A program made the position numbers and the translations under genes. The notes beneath the pieces are model-generated. The model saw only the letters and a program-made list of their open reading frames with translations. It had not been told where the DNA came from and ran no database searches. DNA of 64,000 bases from Patescibacteria group bacterium (GTDB lineage Bacteria > Patescibacteriota > Patescibacteriia > SG8-24): positions 705 to 64,704 of the forward strand of contig JAYEJB010000043.1 of the NCBI GenBank assembly GCA_034716415.1, in the 5' to 3' direction. Shown in pieces: positions 17,301-28,066 of the stretch. Each line of letters starts with the position of its first letter. Position 1 is the first letter of the stretch.

Positions 17301-19919
17301 TTACGAAATCGTCAGCTCGTTTTTCCGTACATCCACGATCACCTTCCCACCATCCGGGAACTTGCCCTCGACTATCATCATGGCGATGGGGTCGAGCACT
17401 TCACGCTGGATGACGCGCTTCAGCGGCCGGGCGCCGAATGCGGGATCAAAACCCTTTTTGGCAAGCAGCTTCTTGGCCGTGTCAGTCACGTCAATCTCGA
17501 TGTGCTGTTCAGCGAGGCGTTTGGCCACACGCGCGAGTTGTAGGTCGGCAATCTGCACTATCTGTTCCTCTGTGAGCGCTCCGAACACGATGACATCATC
17601 GAGCCGGTTCAGGAACTCCGGCTTCATGTGTTCCTTCAGGAGATCCAGGATCTTACCGCTGATACTGTCGCCCTCATCCTCTCCGTCACCGAAACCGATA
17701 GTACTCAGGCGTTTGTCCGATTCCAGGATCATGTCTGAACCGATGTTCGAGGTCATGATGATGACCGTGTTCTTAAAGTTGACCTTGCGGCCCTTACTGT
17801 CAGTGACGTGCCCTTCGTCCAATATCTGCAGGAAGGTGTTCCAGACGTCCGGGTGCGCTTTTTCGATTTCGTCCAACAGGACGACCGAGTACGGACGGCG
17901 CCTGACGAGCTCTGTCAGCTGTCCGCCCTCCTCATGGCCAATATACCCCGGAGGTGAGCCAAGCATGCGCGATACAGTATGTTTTTCACCATATTCAGAC
18001 ATGTCGAGCCGCACCAGCGCGGTCTCGTCGTCGAACATGAATTCTGCGAGAGCTCGAGCCAGCTCGGTTTTACCGACACCGGTCGGACCGAGGAACAGGA
18101 ACGAACCGATCGGGCGATTTTCCTCAGATACACCGGCTCGTGAACGTCGAATCGCGTTTGAGACGGCCTTAATGGCTTCATTCTGGCCGACAACACGTCT
18201 CTTGAGCTCATCTTCCAGTCTTGCCACTCTTGCGGCCTCCTCCTGGAGCATCTTGCTGACCGGGATACCGGTCCAGCGGGCGATGACGCCGGCGACATCC
18301 TCTTCCGTAACCTCCTCCTTAAGGAAGCGGCTGTCTTTCTGGAGAGAACGTAGGCGGTCCTCGGAATTCCGCAACGCCTCCTCGAGCTCTGGAATGAGCC
18401 GATGGCGGATTTCGGCGGCCCGATCGACATTGCCGTCCCTGACCGCGATCTCCTCTTCCTGCTTGAGTTCGTCCATCTCTTTCTTTTTCGCGCGGATCTC
18501 CACGATGACTTCCTTCTCGTTCTTCCATTTCAGGTCAAGTGAATCGCGTTTTTCTTTCAGTTCGGCCAGCTCCTTTTCGATATCACCGCGTCGAGCGACC
18601 GAATCCCTATCTTGTTCCTTTTCGAGCGCCTTCTTTTCTATTTCAAGGCGTAACACATCGCGTTTCAGCCGATCGAGTTCTTGTGGCTCGCTGTCGATCT
18701 CCATGCGGAGTGCGGAGCCGGCCTCATCAATGGTATCCACCGCCTTATCCGGCAGGAAACGATCCTGGATGTATCGCGAAGAGAGGTTTGTCGCGGCGAC
18801 AATCGCCGGGTCAGTGATGCGGACCCCGTGATGCAATTCATAGCGGTTCTTGATGCCGCGCAGGATCGATATCGCATCATCGACCGAGGGCTCAACGACC
18901 AAGACCGGCTGGAACCGGCGCTCGAAGGCCGCGTCTTTTTCGATGTGCTTTTGGTATTCCTTGATGGTCGTCGCGCCGACAGCACGAAGTTCACCGCGCG
19001 CCAACGCAGGCTTCAACATGTTCGATGCGTCTAACGGGGAACCGTCCGCTGTTCCTGCCCCGACAAGTGTGTGCAGTTCATCGATGAATAGAATGATCTT
19101 ACCGTCGGACGACTCGACTTCCTTGATTACAGCCTTAAAACGATCCTCGAATTCACCGCGGAACTTACTGCCGGCGACAAGCGAGCCGAGATCAAGCGAC
19201 ACGATTTCCTTGTCCTTCAGCAATTCCGGCACGTCGCCTTGCACGATACGTTGCGCCAGACCCTCGACGATGGCGGTCTTTCCCGTTCCCGCCTCGCCGA
19301 TCAGCACCGGATTGTTCTTGGTACGACGCATCAGCACTTGCATGACACGGCGGATCTCGTCATCGCGACCGATAATCGGATCGAGCTTCTCCTGGCGCGC
19401 CAATTCGGTCAGGTTCCTGGAATATTTATCAAGAGCTTGGTACTTCTGCTCCGGTTCGGGCGAATCGACTTTCTGCGAACCGCGGATATCCACCAACACT
19501 TTCATGACCTTGTCATGTTCGACGCCGTACTTATGTAACAGCGCCTGCGCCTCCGAGCTTACCGCCAGAATACCCAGCAGAAGGTGCTCGGTAGAGATGT
19601 AGTCATCACCGAATTCTTTGGTCTCGTTGTCGGCCTGACGCAAAGCCTTCAGCGTCGCTGGATTCAGCGCCAACTGGGCGGTCTCCCGTTCCATCTGCGA
19701 TTTCGGTAACGCGGCCACGGCTTTTTGCACTTCCACCAGCAGGGAGGGGGAATCGACCTCCAGTTTGTCGCAGACCGATCTTACGACACCACCCTCTTGA
19801 TCCAGGAGAGCCTCTAAAATATGCAAAGGATTCAGCTCCGGATTGCCGTTCTCGAACGCCGATATCTGCGCTGATTCGAGCGCTTCCCGGGATTTGGTGG
19901 TGAAATTTTTTGGGATCAT
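17301..19919 (-). CDS. clpB: ATP-dependent chaperone ClpB
   Basis: Two AAA+ modules (GEAGTGKT; GPTGVGKT), middle coiled-coil domain, CIRCE upstream; start at MIPKNFT. Confidence 0.96.
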   Translation of the reverse strand: MIPKNFTTKSREALESAQISAFENGNPELNPLHILEALLDQEGGVVRSVCDKLEVDSPSLLVEVQKAVAALPKSQMERETAQLALNPATLKALRQADNETKEFGDDYISTEHLLLGILAVSSEAQALLHKYGVEHDKVMKVLVDIRGSQKVDSPEPEQKYQALDKYSRNLTELARQEKLDPIIGRDDEIRRVMQVLMRRTKNNPVLIGEAGTGKTAIVEGLAQRIVQGDVPELLKDKEIVSLDLGSLVAGSKFRGEFEDRFKAVIKEVESSDGKIILFIDELHTLVGAGTADGSPLDASNMLKPALARGELRAVGATTIKEYQKHIEKDAAFERRFQPVLVVEPSVDDAISILRGIKNRYELHHGVRITDPAIVAATNLSSRYIQDRFLPDKAVDTIDEAGSALRMEIDSEPQELDRLKRDVLRLEIEKKALEKEQDRDSVARRGDIEKELAELKEKRDSLDLKWKNEKEVIVEIRAKKKEMDELKQEEEIAVRDGNVDRAAEIRHRLIPELEEALRNSEDRLRSLQKDSRFLKEEVTEEDVAGVIARWTGIPVSKMLQEEAARVARLEDELKRRVVGQNEAIKAVSNAIRRSRAGVSEENRPIGSFLFLGPTGVGKTELARALAEFMFDDETALVRLDMSEYGEKHTVSRMLGSPPGYIGHEEGGQLTELVRRRPYSVVLLDEIEKAHPDVWNTFLQILDEGHVTDSKGRKVNFKNTVIIMTSNIGSDMILESDKRLSTIGFGDGEDEGDSISGKILDLLKEHMKPEFLNRLDDVIVFGALTEEQIVQIADLQLARVAKRLAEQHIEIDVTDTAKKLLAKKGFDPAFGARPLKRVIQREVLDPIAMMIVEGKFPDGGKVIVDVRKNELTIS

Positions 19920-19966
19920 AATTTTGGGATTTGAGGGTCTGAAAATCGGAGTGTTCAAGGTTATAC

Positions 19967-19993
19967 TTAGCACTCTCGATAGACGAGTGCTAA
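19967..19993. promoter_or_regulatory. CIRCE element (HrcA operator)
   Basis: Perfect TTAGCACTC-N9-GAGTGCTAA just downstream of a minus-strand TTGACA-16bp-TACAAT promoter (20025-19998). Confidence 0.97.
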
Positions 19994-20129
19994 TAATATT
20001 GTACTCACTCTAATTACTGTGTCAATGGGGCCTGGCCCCGTTTTAGGCTGAGGGGGGGACACTTCTCAAGTATGAAAAAACGGGATTATCTCTAAAAAAG
20101 AGACCGCCGAAGCGGTCGAAGTGGGGAAG

Positions 20130-20921
20130 TCAGCGCAGGCTGTTCTGATTGAACAGCCCGAACCCACGCGAGAGATAGATGATCGTCTGAAATTCGTCCA
20201 GCTCATCATTTTTATCGCGCAAGCCGCCCTCAGCGTCGATGCTGATTCTGTGCCGGAGCTTGGAAAAGGATCCCAGGCGAACGCACATATCACTAGGGCG
20301 AATACCACCCGCCAGACCGACATGCGTCCACGGACAGGCCTCCCTGATCGCCGCAATGCACTCGTGCGCGAATACCGAATCGAAGCCTTTGCCGAGACCT
20401 CCGCTCGAATCGATCAGCGTGTCCGTGGCGATTTCCGGGTCGTATGAATCGCGCAATCGTTCAGCGATCACTTTCGGATCACCGTCCGCAGCGGCGATGA
20501 CATGCCGGTTGAGCTGGATGACGTAGTGGAAACGTTTACCGCACATCGCGCGCGCCCGTTCCAACTCTTCATTCAGCGGCCAGGTCATGTTGAGCTGGAA
20601 ACCGTGCAGGAGAGGAGTGCAGAGGTCGTGCACCGTCGCCAGTTCATCCGCCAGCCCTTCGCGCGTCTTGCTGTTGAAATGCGCCAGGTTGACCACCCGC
20701 GCGTCGTCCACGAATACGTCGTTCAGACGCTCGAGCGGGGGGTAGCGCTTTGGAAATTTGGCCGGCAGACCCTTCAACGTCTTATGGCTCACCAGCAAGC
20801 CCGCCATAAGCAGATATCCGGTCGGATCTTCCACGAAACGGAGGAGTCGACCGATTTGCTCGTGCGACGTAAAGCCGGTTACGCCGATGTAAGGACCTGC
20901 ATGCAGTCTACTTTCATCCAT
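20130..20921 (-). CDS. TIM-barrel protein, phosphoribosylanthranilate-isomerase-like
   Basis: 'PYIGVTG', 'IDSSGGLG', 'GLAGGI' and 'SIDAEGGLR' resemble the TrpF-like phosphate-binding barrel. Confidence 0.6.
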   Translation of the reverse strand: MDESRLHAGPYIGVTGFTSHEQIGRLLRFVEDPTGYLLMAGLLVSHKTLKGLPAKFPKRYPPLERLNDVFVDDARVVNLAHFNSKTREGLADELATVHDLCTPLLHGFQLNMTWPLNEELERARAMCGKRFHYVIQLNRHVIAAADGDPKVIAERLRDSYDPEIATDTLIDSSGGLGKGFDSVFAHECIAAIREACPWTHVGLAGGIRPSDMCVRLGSFSKLRHRISIDAEGGLRDKNDELDEFQTIIYLSRGFGLFNQNSLR

Positions 20922-21002
20922 TATTTATCCTTTCAGTGATGGCAGGAGTATGCTCGATGAGCAGTATAAGTCAATCCCGTTTCATGCTAAAATAAGAATG
21001 AT

Positions 21003-21794
21003 ATGTATGGATTCAAGCGGATAAAGATATTGGGAATACCGGTCGATGCGGTGACCCAAGATAAGGCGGTCGAAGTAGTTGCTGACTTTTTGCACGATAA
21101 AGCCGGGCAGAAGGTCTTCACACCTAACCCGGAGATGCTAGTCATGGCGCGGGACAGACCATTATTCAGGGAAGCCTTACAGTCATCAGACCTGTCCATC
21201 CCGGATGGAGCCGGGCTCCTTTGGGCCGCGCGCCTGCTCGGGAAGGATTTGCCGACGCGCGTCACCGGCACGGACATGGTTTCGCGTGTCTGTGGCCTGG
21301 CCGCGGAGGACGGATACGGCATTTTTATGTTGGGTGGGCGACCGGGCGTCGCCGAAAAGGCGGCAGACAGACTAAGAGCCGAGTTTCCGGGATTGCGCAT
21401 CGTCGGCGCGATGAGCGGTGGCCAGGTGAAGTATGACGAAGAGGGAGCACCGATCATGGATTACGGTACCGAACGCGCACTGAATCTCGCTGTGCCGGAT
21501 ATCCTGTTCGTGGCTTTCGGACATGGCAAGCAGGAGGAGTGGATCCACACGCATCTTCAAAAGTTTCCCTCGGTTCGGGTGGCACTCGGCGTCGGGGGTG
21601 CGTTCGATTTCATCTCCGGCGAGTCTAAGCGGGCGCCGGATTTTATGCAGCGGATCGACCTGGAATGGCTCTGGCGGCTCGTCTTGCAGCCTTGGCGTAT
21701 TGGGCGTATTCTGACAGCCACGGTCGTTTTTCCGCTTTTGGTGTTAGGAGAACGGCTGGGAATCGTAAAAACCGAGCTAAAAAGCCTATCGTGA
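21003..21794 (+). CDS. WecB/TagA/CpsF family glycosyltransferase
   Basis: 'TPNPE', 'PDGAG', 'RVTGTD', 'KQEEW', 'GVGGAFD', 'LEWLWRL...PWR'. Confidence 0.95.
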   Translation: MYGFKRIKILGIPVDAVTQDKAVEVVADFLHDKAGQKVFTPNPEMLVMARDRPLFREALQSSDLSIPDGAGLLWAARLLGKDLPTRVTGTDMVSRVCGLAAEDGYGIFMLGGRPGVAEKAADRLRAEFPGLRIVGAMSGGQVKYDEEGAPIMDYGTERALNLAVPDILFVAFGHGKQEEWIHTHLQKFPSVRVALGVGGAFDFISGESKRAPDFMQRIDLEWLWRLVLQPWRIGRILTATVVFPLLVLGERLGIVKTELKSLS

Positions 21795-21838
21795 TGATGC
21801 TTTTAAGCTGTTGAGCTTTTAAACTTTTAAACTCTGAT

Positions 21839-23353
21839 ATGGTACGCATCAGGTTTGCGCCGTCACCGACGGGATTTCTGCACGTGGGAGGCTTACGCAC
21901 CGCGCTTTATAGCGAGCTGTTCGCCAGGAAGCATGGTGGCGTCTTGATATTGCGGATAGAAGATACGGATCAGGCACGGACCGTTGAAGGAGGCATCGAA
22001 AATATCATTAAAACGCTCGAGTGGGCGGGGATTCAGGTGGATGAAGGGCCGTACATCGATAAGGATGGCAGGCTCGCGCAAAAGGGTGACTTCGGGCCGT
22101 ATATCCAATCGGAGCGCACGGATATATATAAGGAGCAGGTCGAGAAGCTTTTGGAGGGCGGGCACGCTTACCGATGTTTCTGCTGTACGGACACCCTGGC
22201 GAAGATGCGTGAAGAACAGCAGAACGAGGGTGGGCGCACGATGTACGACGGGCGCTGTAAGAATCTGACCGAGAATGAAGTCGCCAAGGAACTGGAGAAG
22301 GGGACTGAATACGTGGTGCGTCTCAAGGTGCCGGACACGGGCGTGACCGCGTTCGACGACGAGATCCGGGGACGGATCGAATTCAGCAACAGTCAGATCG
22401 ATGATCAGGTATTGATGAAGTCCGACGGATTTCCGACCTATCATCTGGCGAACGTCGTCGATGACCACCTGATGGGCGTGACGCATGTGGTGCGCGGCGA
22501 GGAATGGTGTCCCTCGACCCCCAAGCATGTCCTGCTTTATGAAGCGTTCGGCTGGGACAAGCCCGTATTCGCGCATGTACCGCTGTTGTTGAACACGGAC
22601 AAGTCGAAGCTCTCCAAGCGGCAGGGGGACGTCGCGGTCGAGGATTATCGGGATAAAGGTTATCTGCGGGACGCGCTCATAAATTTCGTGGCGTTGCTGG
22701 GCTGGAACCCGACTGCGGACCGGGAGATATACTCGAAGGAAGAGATGATCAAGGCGTTCGATCTGCGCAAGATCAACAAGGGCGGTGCCGTCTTCAACGT
22801 CGAAAAGTTGGATTGGATGAACGGAGAGTATCTGAAGAAGCTCACTGACGGCGATTTGGCGGAAGCCGCGCTGCCTTTCTATGTCGATGCCGGTGTTTTC
22901 GTCGTGCAGGCCGGGAAGTTGATATCCGAAAACATGGGTGAGCCGCTGGAACTGGGCTATCTCGAACAAGTGGTGCCGCTGGAAAAAGAGCGCGTCAAAA
23001 AGCTGAGCGACCTGCCGCAGGCGACGGACTTTTTCTTCCGCGATCTGCTTGAATACGAGGTAGACATGCTACCATGGAAGAAATCGACCGCTGACGTCGC
23101 TCGGGTGAGATTGCGGACCCTAGTTGACCTATTGAAGGAAATGCCGGACAAAAATTTCAAGAACGCGGAAAAGTTGGGCGACGAGGTGCTGAAATACATC
23201 GCCGACAGGGGATACACCAACGCGGAGACACTGTGGCCCATGAGGGTGGCGTTGACCGCCAGCAAGGCCTCACCGAGTCCGTTCGAGGTTGCGGCGGTCC
23301 TGGGTAAGGAGAGGACCATCGCGCGCATGAAGCACGCATTATCGATGTTGTAA
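21839..23353 (+). CDS. gltX: glutamate--tRNA ligase
   Basis: 'RFAPSPTGFLHVGG' (HIGH), 'KLSKR' (KMSKS). Confidence 0.97.
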   Translation: MVRIRFAPSPTGFLHVGGLRTALYSELFARKHGGVLILRIEDTDQARTVEGGIENIIKTLEWAGIQVDEGPYIDKDGRLAQKGDFGPYIQSERTDIYKEQVEKLLEGGHAYRCFCCTDTLAKMREEQQNEGGRTMYDGRCKNLTENEVAKELEKGTEYVVRLKVPDTGVTAFDDEIRGRIEFSNSQIDDQVLMKSDGFPTYHLANVVDDHLMGVTHVVRGEEWCPSTPKHVLLYEAFGWDKPVFAHVPLLLNTDKSKLSKRQGDVAVEDYRDKGYLRDALINFVALLGWNPTADREIYSKEEMIKAFDLRKINKGGAVFNVEKLDWMNGEYLKKLTDGDLAEAALPFYVDAGVFVVQAGKLISENMGEPLELGYLEQVVPLEKERVKKLSDLPQATDFFFRDLLEYEVDMLPWKKSTADVARVRLRTLVDLLKEMPDKNFKNAEKLGDEVLKYIADRGYTNAETLWPMRVALTASKASPSPFEVAAVLGKERTIARMKHALSML

Positions 23354-24699
23354 TGCCGTATCAGAAAGCACAAATGATGTCAGGGAAGGCGATTTTGATG
23401 TTCCTGATCGTCGTTTTTTCGTTCATCGGTTTTGCGCCGTCGCCGGTCTCGAATATTGCGTTTGCTGAAGGGGAAGAGGATTCCGAGGAGGTCAATAAAA
23501 GCGGTGAGCCTGAAGAAACCACTGTAGCGCCGCCGCCCGAGGAGAATGACGATAGCGATAACCTACGAAAGGAGATAAACCGGCTGAATGATGATGTAGA
23601 AAAGAAGAAGAAGGAGGCCTCGCAGATTAATGGCAAGATAAACCAGTATAAGAGCCTGGTGGCGAACAAGAAGATCGAATCCGCGTCGTTGGAGGATCAG
23701 ATGGCGCTCCTGGACAACCAGATCGCCAAGACCGAAGTGGGGATCGAGATTTCAGAGAAAGAGATTCGGTCGCTTGAACTGCAGATGAAGAAGGCTGATG
23801 AGCAGCTCGCGGAGATGGAAGAGAAGATGGATTCGGAAAGAGGCCTCTTGGGATCGATGGCCAGGGAGCTGTACCGACGGCAGACCGGCAAGAGTATATT
23901 AGAGATCCTGTTGTCGCACAGTACGTTCTCGGATTTTTTCAGGGAGTTATACGCGATTGCGTCTCTGCAGCGTAGGGTCAACGATACCCTGGGTCGCATT
24001 CACGTTTTGCACGCGGAACTGGAGGATGAACAGCATGCGCGCGAGGAAAGGAAGGCGGATGTCAGCAAGAAGATGCTGAGCCTTGAAGTGGAGCGTCGGA
24101 AGCTCGACGACGAGATGGGGCTGAAAAATAATATCCTCGTAGAGACGCGGTCGTCAGAGCTCGAGTATCGATACTTGTTGGCGGAGCTGAAACGCGAGCA
24201 GAATGAGGCGAGCAACGAGATAACGTATCTCGAACGCGTGCTGCGCGAGAAGATTATCCTGTCCGACCGGGTCAAGGACACCAACACCGTGCTGTCATGG
24301 CCGATCGAGCCGAGCCGGGGCATTACCGCGATCTTTCATGATCCGGATTATCCGTTTCGCCACATATTCGAACATCCGGGTATAGATATCCGTGCTTATC
24401 AGGGAACGCCAGTCAGGGCGGCGGCCGGCGGTATCGTGGCAAGAGCCAAGAACGCCGGGCTCGGCTACAGCTACATCATGGTCATACACAATAACGATAT
24501 CTCGACCGTGTATGGACACATTTCAAGGATTGTCGTGAGAGAAGATACGTTCGTTGAGCGGGGTGAGATCATCGGGTACTCGGGCGGAGCACCGGGGACA
24601 CCGGGTGCCGGACGACTGACGACCGGACCCCATCTGCACTTCGAGACGCGACATCGCGGCATACCGGTCAATCCGATGAATTACCTGTTGGGGTTCTAG
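23353..24699 (+). CDS. secreted coiled-coil M23 peptidoglycan endopeptidase
   Basis: Signal peptide, long coiled coil, 'HPGID', 'YGH', 'TGPHLHFE'. Confidence 0.92.
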   Translation: MPYQKAQMMSGKAILMFLIVVFSFIGFAPSPVSNIAFAEGEEDSEEVNKSGEPEETTVAPPPEENDDSDNLRKEINRLNDDVEKKKKEASQINGKINQYKSLVANKKIESASLEDQMALLDNQIAKTEVGIEISEKEIRSLELQMKKADEQLAEMEEKMDSERGLLGSMARELYRRQTGKSILEILLSHSTFSDFFRELYAIASLQRRVNDTLGRIHVLHAELEDEQHAREERKADVSKKMLSLEVERRKLDDEMGLKNNILVETRSSELEYRYLLAELKREQNEASNEITYLERVLREKIILSDRVKDTNTVLSWPIEPSRGITAIFHDPDYPFRHIFEHPGIDIRAYQGTPVRAAAGGIVARAKNAGLGYSYIMVIHNNDISTVYGHISRIVVREDTFVERGEIIGYSGGAPGTPGAGRLTTGPHLHFETRHRGIPVNPMNYLLGF

Positions 24700-24738
24700 G
24701 AGAATAAAAACCCTCAGCGAGTCGCTGGGGTTTTTGTA

Positions 24739-25320
24739 TCAGTACATCCTTTTGATGAGAGTGACCGACTCTTCGTCCATCACGGTCGGTTCTCCAAGAA
24801 TGGAATACAACTCTTTCATCGAGAGTGTCCGGTGCTTGCGCAACAGTGTGATAAGAACGATGAACGCCGTTCGGTGAGCCCGGATGATTTCATTGGCGCG
24901 CCAGTAGCCGATTCTCATCAGCCTGATCACTTGCGGTGTCTGACGCCTCTTGAGCATCCTCTGGAAGGGGGGTGCCGAGGTACCCTCCTTGAAGTCCCAA
25001 ATCATGGCTGTTTCCGGGTCTGCGCTGTTCAGGGTCAGCCATTCAGCTATCCGGAATGCTTCGCTAAGGTCAGGCTCGTTGCCTTCGAGACGAACGGTAT
25101 CGAATCTCGACAGGGCGCCCGCCAGTCCGGCTAAGGTGACTGACAGGTGATCCCACTCGAAAGGCGGGGAATTGAAATGAAAATTGGCCGACATGACACC
25201 GCTGTCCCGATATGTGCATACGACCCTGTTGACGCGCGTGAAGAACGGAGAATACCAGGCTACCAGGACATGTGCGGCCTCGTGGGCGAGGATCTCCTCG
25301 GAATGACACTTGTTCGACAT
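24739..25320 (-). CDS. stand-alone zinc metallopeptidase, M41/FtsH protease-domain-like
   Basis: 'AHEAAHVLVA', 'LAGLAG', 'D...A', C-terminal helix as in M41. Confidence 0.65.
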   Translation of the reverse strand: MSNKCHSEEILAHEAAHVLVAWYSPFFTRVNRVVCTYRDSGVMSANFHFNSPPFEWDHLSVTLAGLAGALSRFDTVRLEGNEPDLSEAFRIAEWLTLNSADPETAMIWDFKEGTSAPPFQRMLKRRQTPQVIRLMRIGYWRANEIIRAHRTAFIVLITLLRKHRTLSMKELYSILGEPTVMDEESVTLIKRMY

Positions 25321-25412
25321 GATAAAAATCCTTTCGGAAAAGAGCTTACGAGTTTACCGTATCGCATATGATTGGTCAAGTATCAAAAAAGAGGTAGTCG
25401 CATAACTCCTTT

Positions 25413-25527
25413 TTGTCATTGCGAGGGAGATTCGCAGGCGACCGTGGCAATCCCGTCGGGAATGGATAGGATCGCTTCGTCGGCTGCGCCTGTCTGCCCG
25501 GCGGGCAAGGCCTCCTCACAATGACAA
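25413..25527. repeat. GTCATTGCG-family palindromic element
   Basis: ttgtcattgcgagg...cctcacaatgacaa. Confidence 0.85.
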
Positions 25528-25580
25528 AAAAGTTTCAAAGACACCGGCGTTTGCCGGTGTCTTGGATATGCATCAGGTCA

Positions 25581-26798
25581 TCAGGTCTCGATGGGGCAAG
25601 TCTCGTTTTCGCATGTTTCTTCTTCACCTTCGGCAAGTGCTGATTCTTCTTCGGTCGATTCTTCCTCTTCTGCAGGCGGCTCCTCTACGGGAGGCGCGTA
25701 ACTGACACTGCGGCTGATGAAGTCTTCGGTGATCCAGACGACGTCGTTGTGCAGATAGAGGCCGATGCCTATTTCCGTGAACGGAGCCATGGAGCTCAAC
25801 ATCGTCGTTCGGTGGTTGAATTCGCCGTCCGGTTCATCCATGAACCATTCGTGTTGGTCGATGATCGCCGCTTCGACATCGCCGTCGAAATATCCTGTGT
25901 ATCGTCGCCCGACATTCTCGCCGCTCCAGCCTATGCCATCAGGGTAGGGGAGTGTCTTGAACTCACCCGGGTTTTCCGAATCAGGCACCTTCCCTTCCTT
26001 GATGCGCTCATGCGCCTGTTCGCCCAGCGATCCCTCGTGTGACATCTCTTTGATGTTGAAGGCCATGTCCATGCTATGCGCCAGCGCGATTTCGGTCAGC
26101 ATGTCATTGAGGATGAGCGGCGGTTTTTCATGATCGGCCCGAATCGAGTTGATATGGTTCAATGAAAACTGCACCAAGTATTCACGCTGGTCCTGTTCGG
26201 TCAGTTCGTTCAGGTCAATCTTCTTGTTCGGCACCGCGGTGTCGGCCAGACGCGTATTATGGGTCACCTCGATGCCTTTGTCTGCGTTGATGGAGTTCGC
26301 CTGCGCGGCCACGGTTATCGGATGATAACCGCAGGCACAGTCCAGCGATTCTCCCATCGTGTAATTGATGAAATAGGCCACCCCGACGTCATCTACATGC
26401 TTGTTCCACTCGACACCGTACAGATCCTTAGCGGTCTGCTCGTTCTCGATCCAGCGCAGTACGCCTCCCGGGGCTATCGCGTAGACCTTGGGGTCGGACT
26501 GGATCTTGATGAGGCGTATACCCGGGCGATAGGTGACGTTGCCGCCTATCGGAATAGATGCCAGCTCCTCGCCAGAGATTTCCACGATACCCGAAAAATC
26601 CGAGAACCAGCTGAAATATACACGCTCGTTCGGAAAGACATAGCGCTTGCCGTCCTCGGCGTAATAATAGAGCGCTGGACCGCTTGCTTTGACGAGCACA
26701 TCGCGCGCGCCGGGCAATTGAGCATTGCCGCCATGGGGCAGAAGCAGGATGGCGATGGCCGCCAGGGTGGTGATTATGATTTGCTCACGTCTGTTCAT
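25581..26798 (-). CDS. secreted CAP (SCP) domain protein with CPR-type N-terminal repeat domain
   Basis: Signal peptide; 'LVKASGPALYY...GKRYVFPNE'; CAP motifs 'IN.IR', 'HSMDM', 'GENVG', 'HR..ML', 'IGIG'. Confidence 0.85.
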   Translation of the reverse strand: MNRREQIIITTLAAIAILLLPHGGNAQLPGARDVLVKASGPALYYYAEDGKRYVFPNERVYFSWFSDFSGIVEISGEELASIPIGGNVTYRPGIRLIKIQSDPKVYAIAPGGVLRWIENEQTAKDLYGVEWNKHVDDVGVAYFINYTMGESLDCACGYHPITVAAQANSINADKGIEVTHNTRLADTAVPNKKIDLNELTEQDQREYLVQFSLNHINSIRADHEKPPLILNDMLTEIALAHSMDMAFNIKEMSHEGSLGEQAHERIKEGKVPDSENPGEFKTLPYPDGIGWSGENVGRRYTGYFDGDVEAAIIDQHEWFMDEPDGEFNHRTTMLSSMAPFTEIGIGLYLHNDVVWITEDFISRSVSYAPPVEEPPAEEEESTEEESALAEGEEETCENETCPIET

Positions 26799-26891
26799 AA
26801 GTTGCCTGATGTATGGGCATTATAGCACTTTCTTGACGATTGACATGATGATTGTTGTCTGATATATTCAACAGCCGAAAGGGAGGGAGAG

Positions 26892-27392
26892 ATGGAATTC
26901 ATTACATACATCATTGGAATTTTCCTTATAGGTGTCATTGCGAGGTTCGGTATCATCATCTCCGGATGCCTGGAGCGGGCAGTCGGAGCGATCAAGTCGC
27001 TGACGGAGGAATTGGTCGAACAGGGGAAGCTTAATCGCGACCTTTCGACGGAACCGCAGCGGTACTTGATCTACAACATGGACGGCACCAAGCAGCACCT
27101 TCAGATCGCCAGGCGTTCGGTCGTGAATATGGTTAAACGGCGTTTCGGGCATTGCGTGTCCGAAGACAGTCTCGAGTGCGAGGAGAACGAGGAAGACGGC
27201 TGTCTGGAGGTTACGGTCAATGATGAGAAGTTCAGCGGCGCGGTCTTTCATGTCGAGATTCAGTCGGCTACTGTCGAGGCTGAACTCGTCGAGGTGACTT
27301 CCAGAAATTCCTCGCTATCGATGGTCGAGATGGTCATCGATAGCGAAGGGCTGCCGAGACCGTCGAGACCCAGCGGTTCTGACGACTCATGA
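26892..27392 (+). CDS. hypothetical protein with N-terminal TM
   Basis: GGAG RBS, TTGACA promoter upstream. Confidence 0.65.
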   Translation: MEFITYIIGIFLIGVIARFGIIISGCLERAVGAIKSLTEELVEQGKLNRDLSTEPQRYLIYNMDGTKQHLQIARRSVVNMVKRRFGHCVSEDSLECEENEEDGCLEVTVNDEKFSGAVFHVEIQSATVEAELVEVTSRNSSLSMVEMVIDSEGLPRPSRPSGSDDS

Positions 27393-27517
27393 GACCAGGG
27401 AGATCGTGCCAGGGTCTCTTTTTTGTTCACCTCCGCAGAAAACTGCGGGCCTCAGCCTCGGGGGGTCTTCATTGTCAATCTAATGAGGTATCATCAACGC
27501 ATAGGAGGGAGGTACAG

Positions 27518-27985
27518 ATGCTGTCGTGGACAGCGATCAAGAACGCCGTCCGGTATCTGTTTCTGCACAAATGGTATGTCTTCACGGCATGCGCGAAGCA
27601 AGGTCTGTGGTGGCGCGGTCTGACGCATGACCTGTCGAAACTGCGACCGAGCGAGTTCATCGCTTACGCGCGACATTGGAACAAGAAGACCGACCCGAAA
27701 ATGGATCCGGACTTTCAGCGGGCCTGGCACAGGCACCAGAAGCGCAACGATCATCATTGGCAGTGGTGGGTCTGTGTCACGTCGGCAGGGGAACATGTTC
27801 CGATACCGATGTCCGCACGAGCCAGAATCGAAATGATTTGTGACTGGTATGGCGCTGGCATGCGCAAGGGCGATTCTGACATCCAGGGCTGGTATGAGAA
27901 ACACAAGGATGGGATGTTATTGCACCCCGAGACTCGTGAGTGGATCGAGCGGAACATCCGTTCGGTGGTCGCTCAAAAGCCGTGA
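27518..27985 (+). CDS. DUF5662-like HD-type protein
   Basis: 'HKWYV', 'HDLSK', 'AW.RH...NDHHWQWW', 'EMICDW'; GGAGGT RBS. Confidence 0.8.
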   Translation: MLSWTAIKNAVRYLFLHKWYVFTACAKQGLWWRGLTHDLSKLRPSEFIAYARHWNKKTDPKMDPDFQRAWHRHQKRNDHHWQWWVCVTSAGEHVPIPMSARARIEMICDWYGAGMRKGDSDIQGWYEKHKDGMLLHPETREWIERNIRSVVAQKP

Positions 27986-28066
27986 TGAGACATCACGGCT
28001 TTTTATTCGCCTCCGCCGCAGCTTCAGCGTGGGGGAAATGCTTCGGCGAATGAAAGTGGTGGTCTG

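Noticed and set aside
16912-18831. 639-aa plus-strand ORF
   Set aside because: Antisense shadow of clpB that runs through a terminator and repeats; Ser/Arg-rich, non-protein-like composition.
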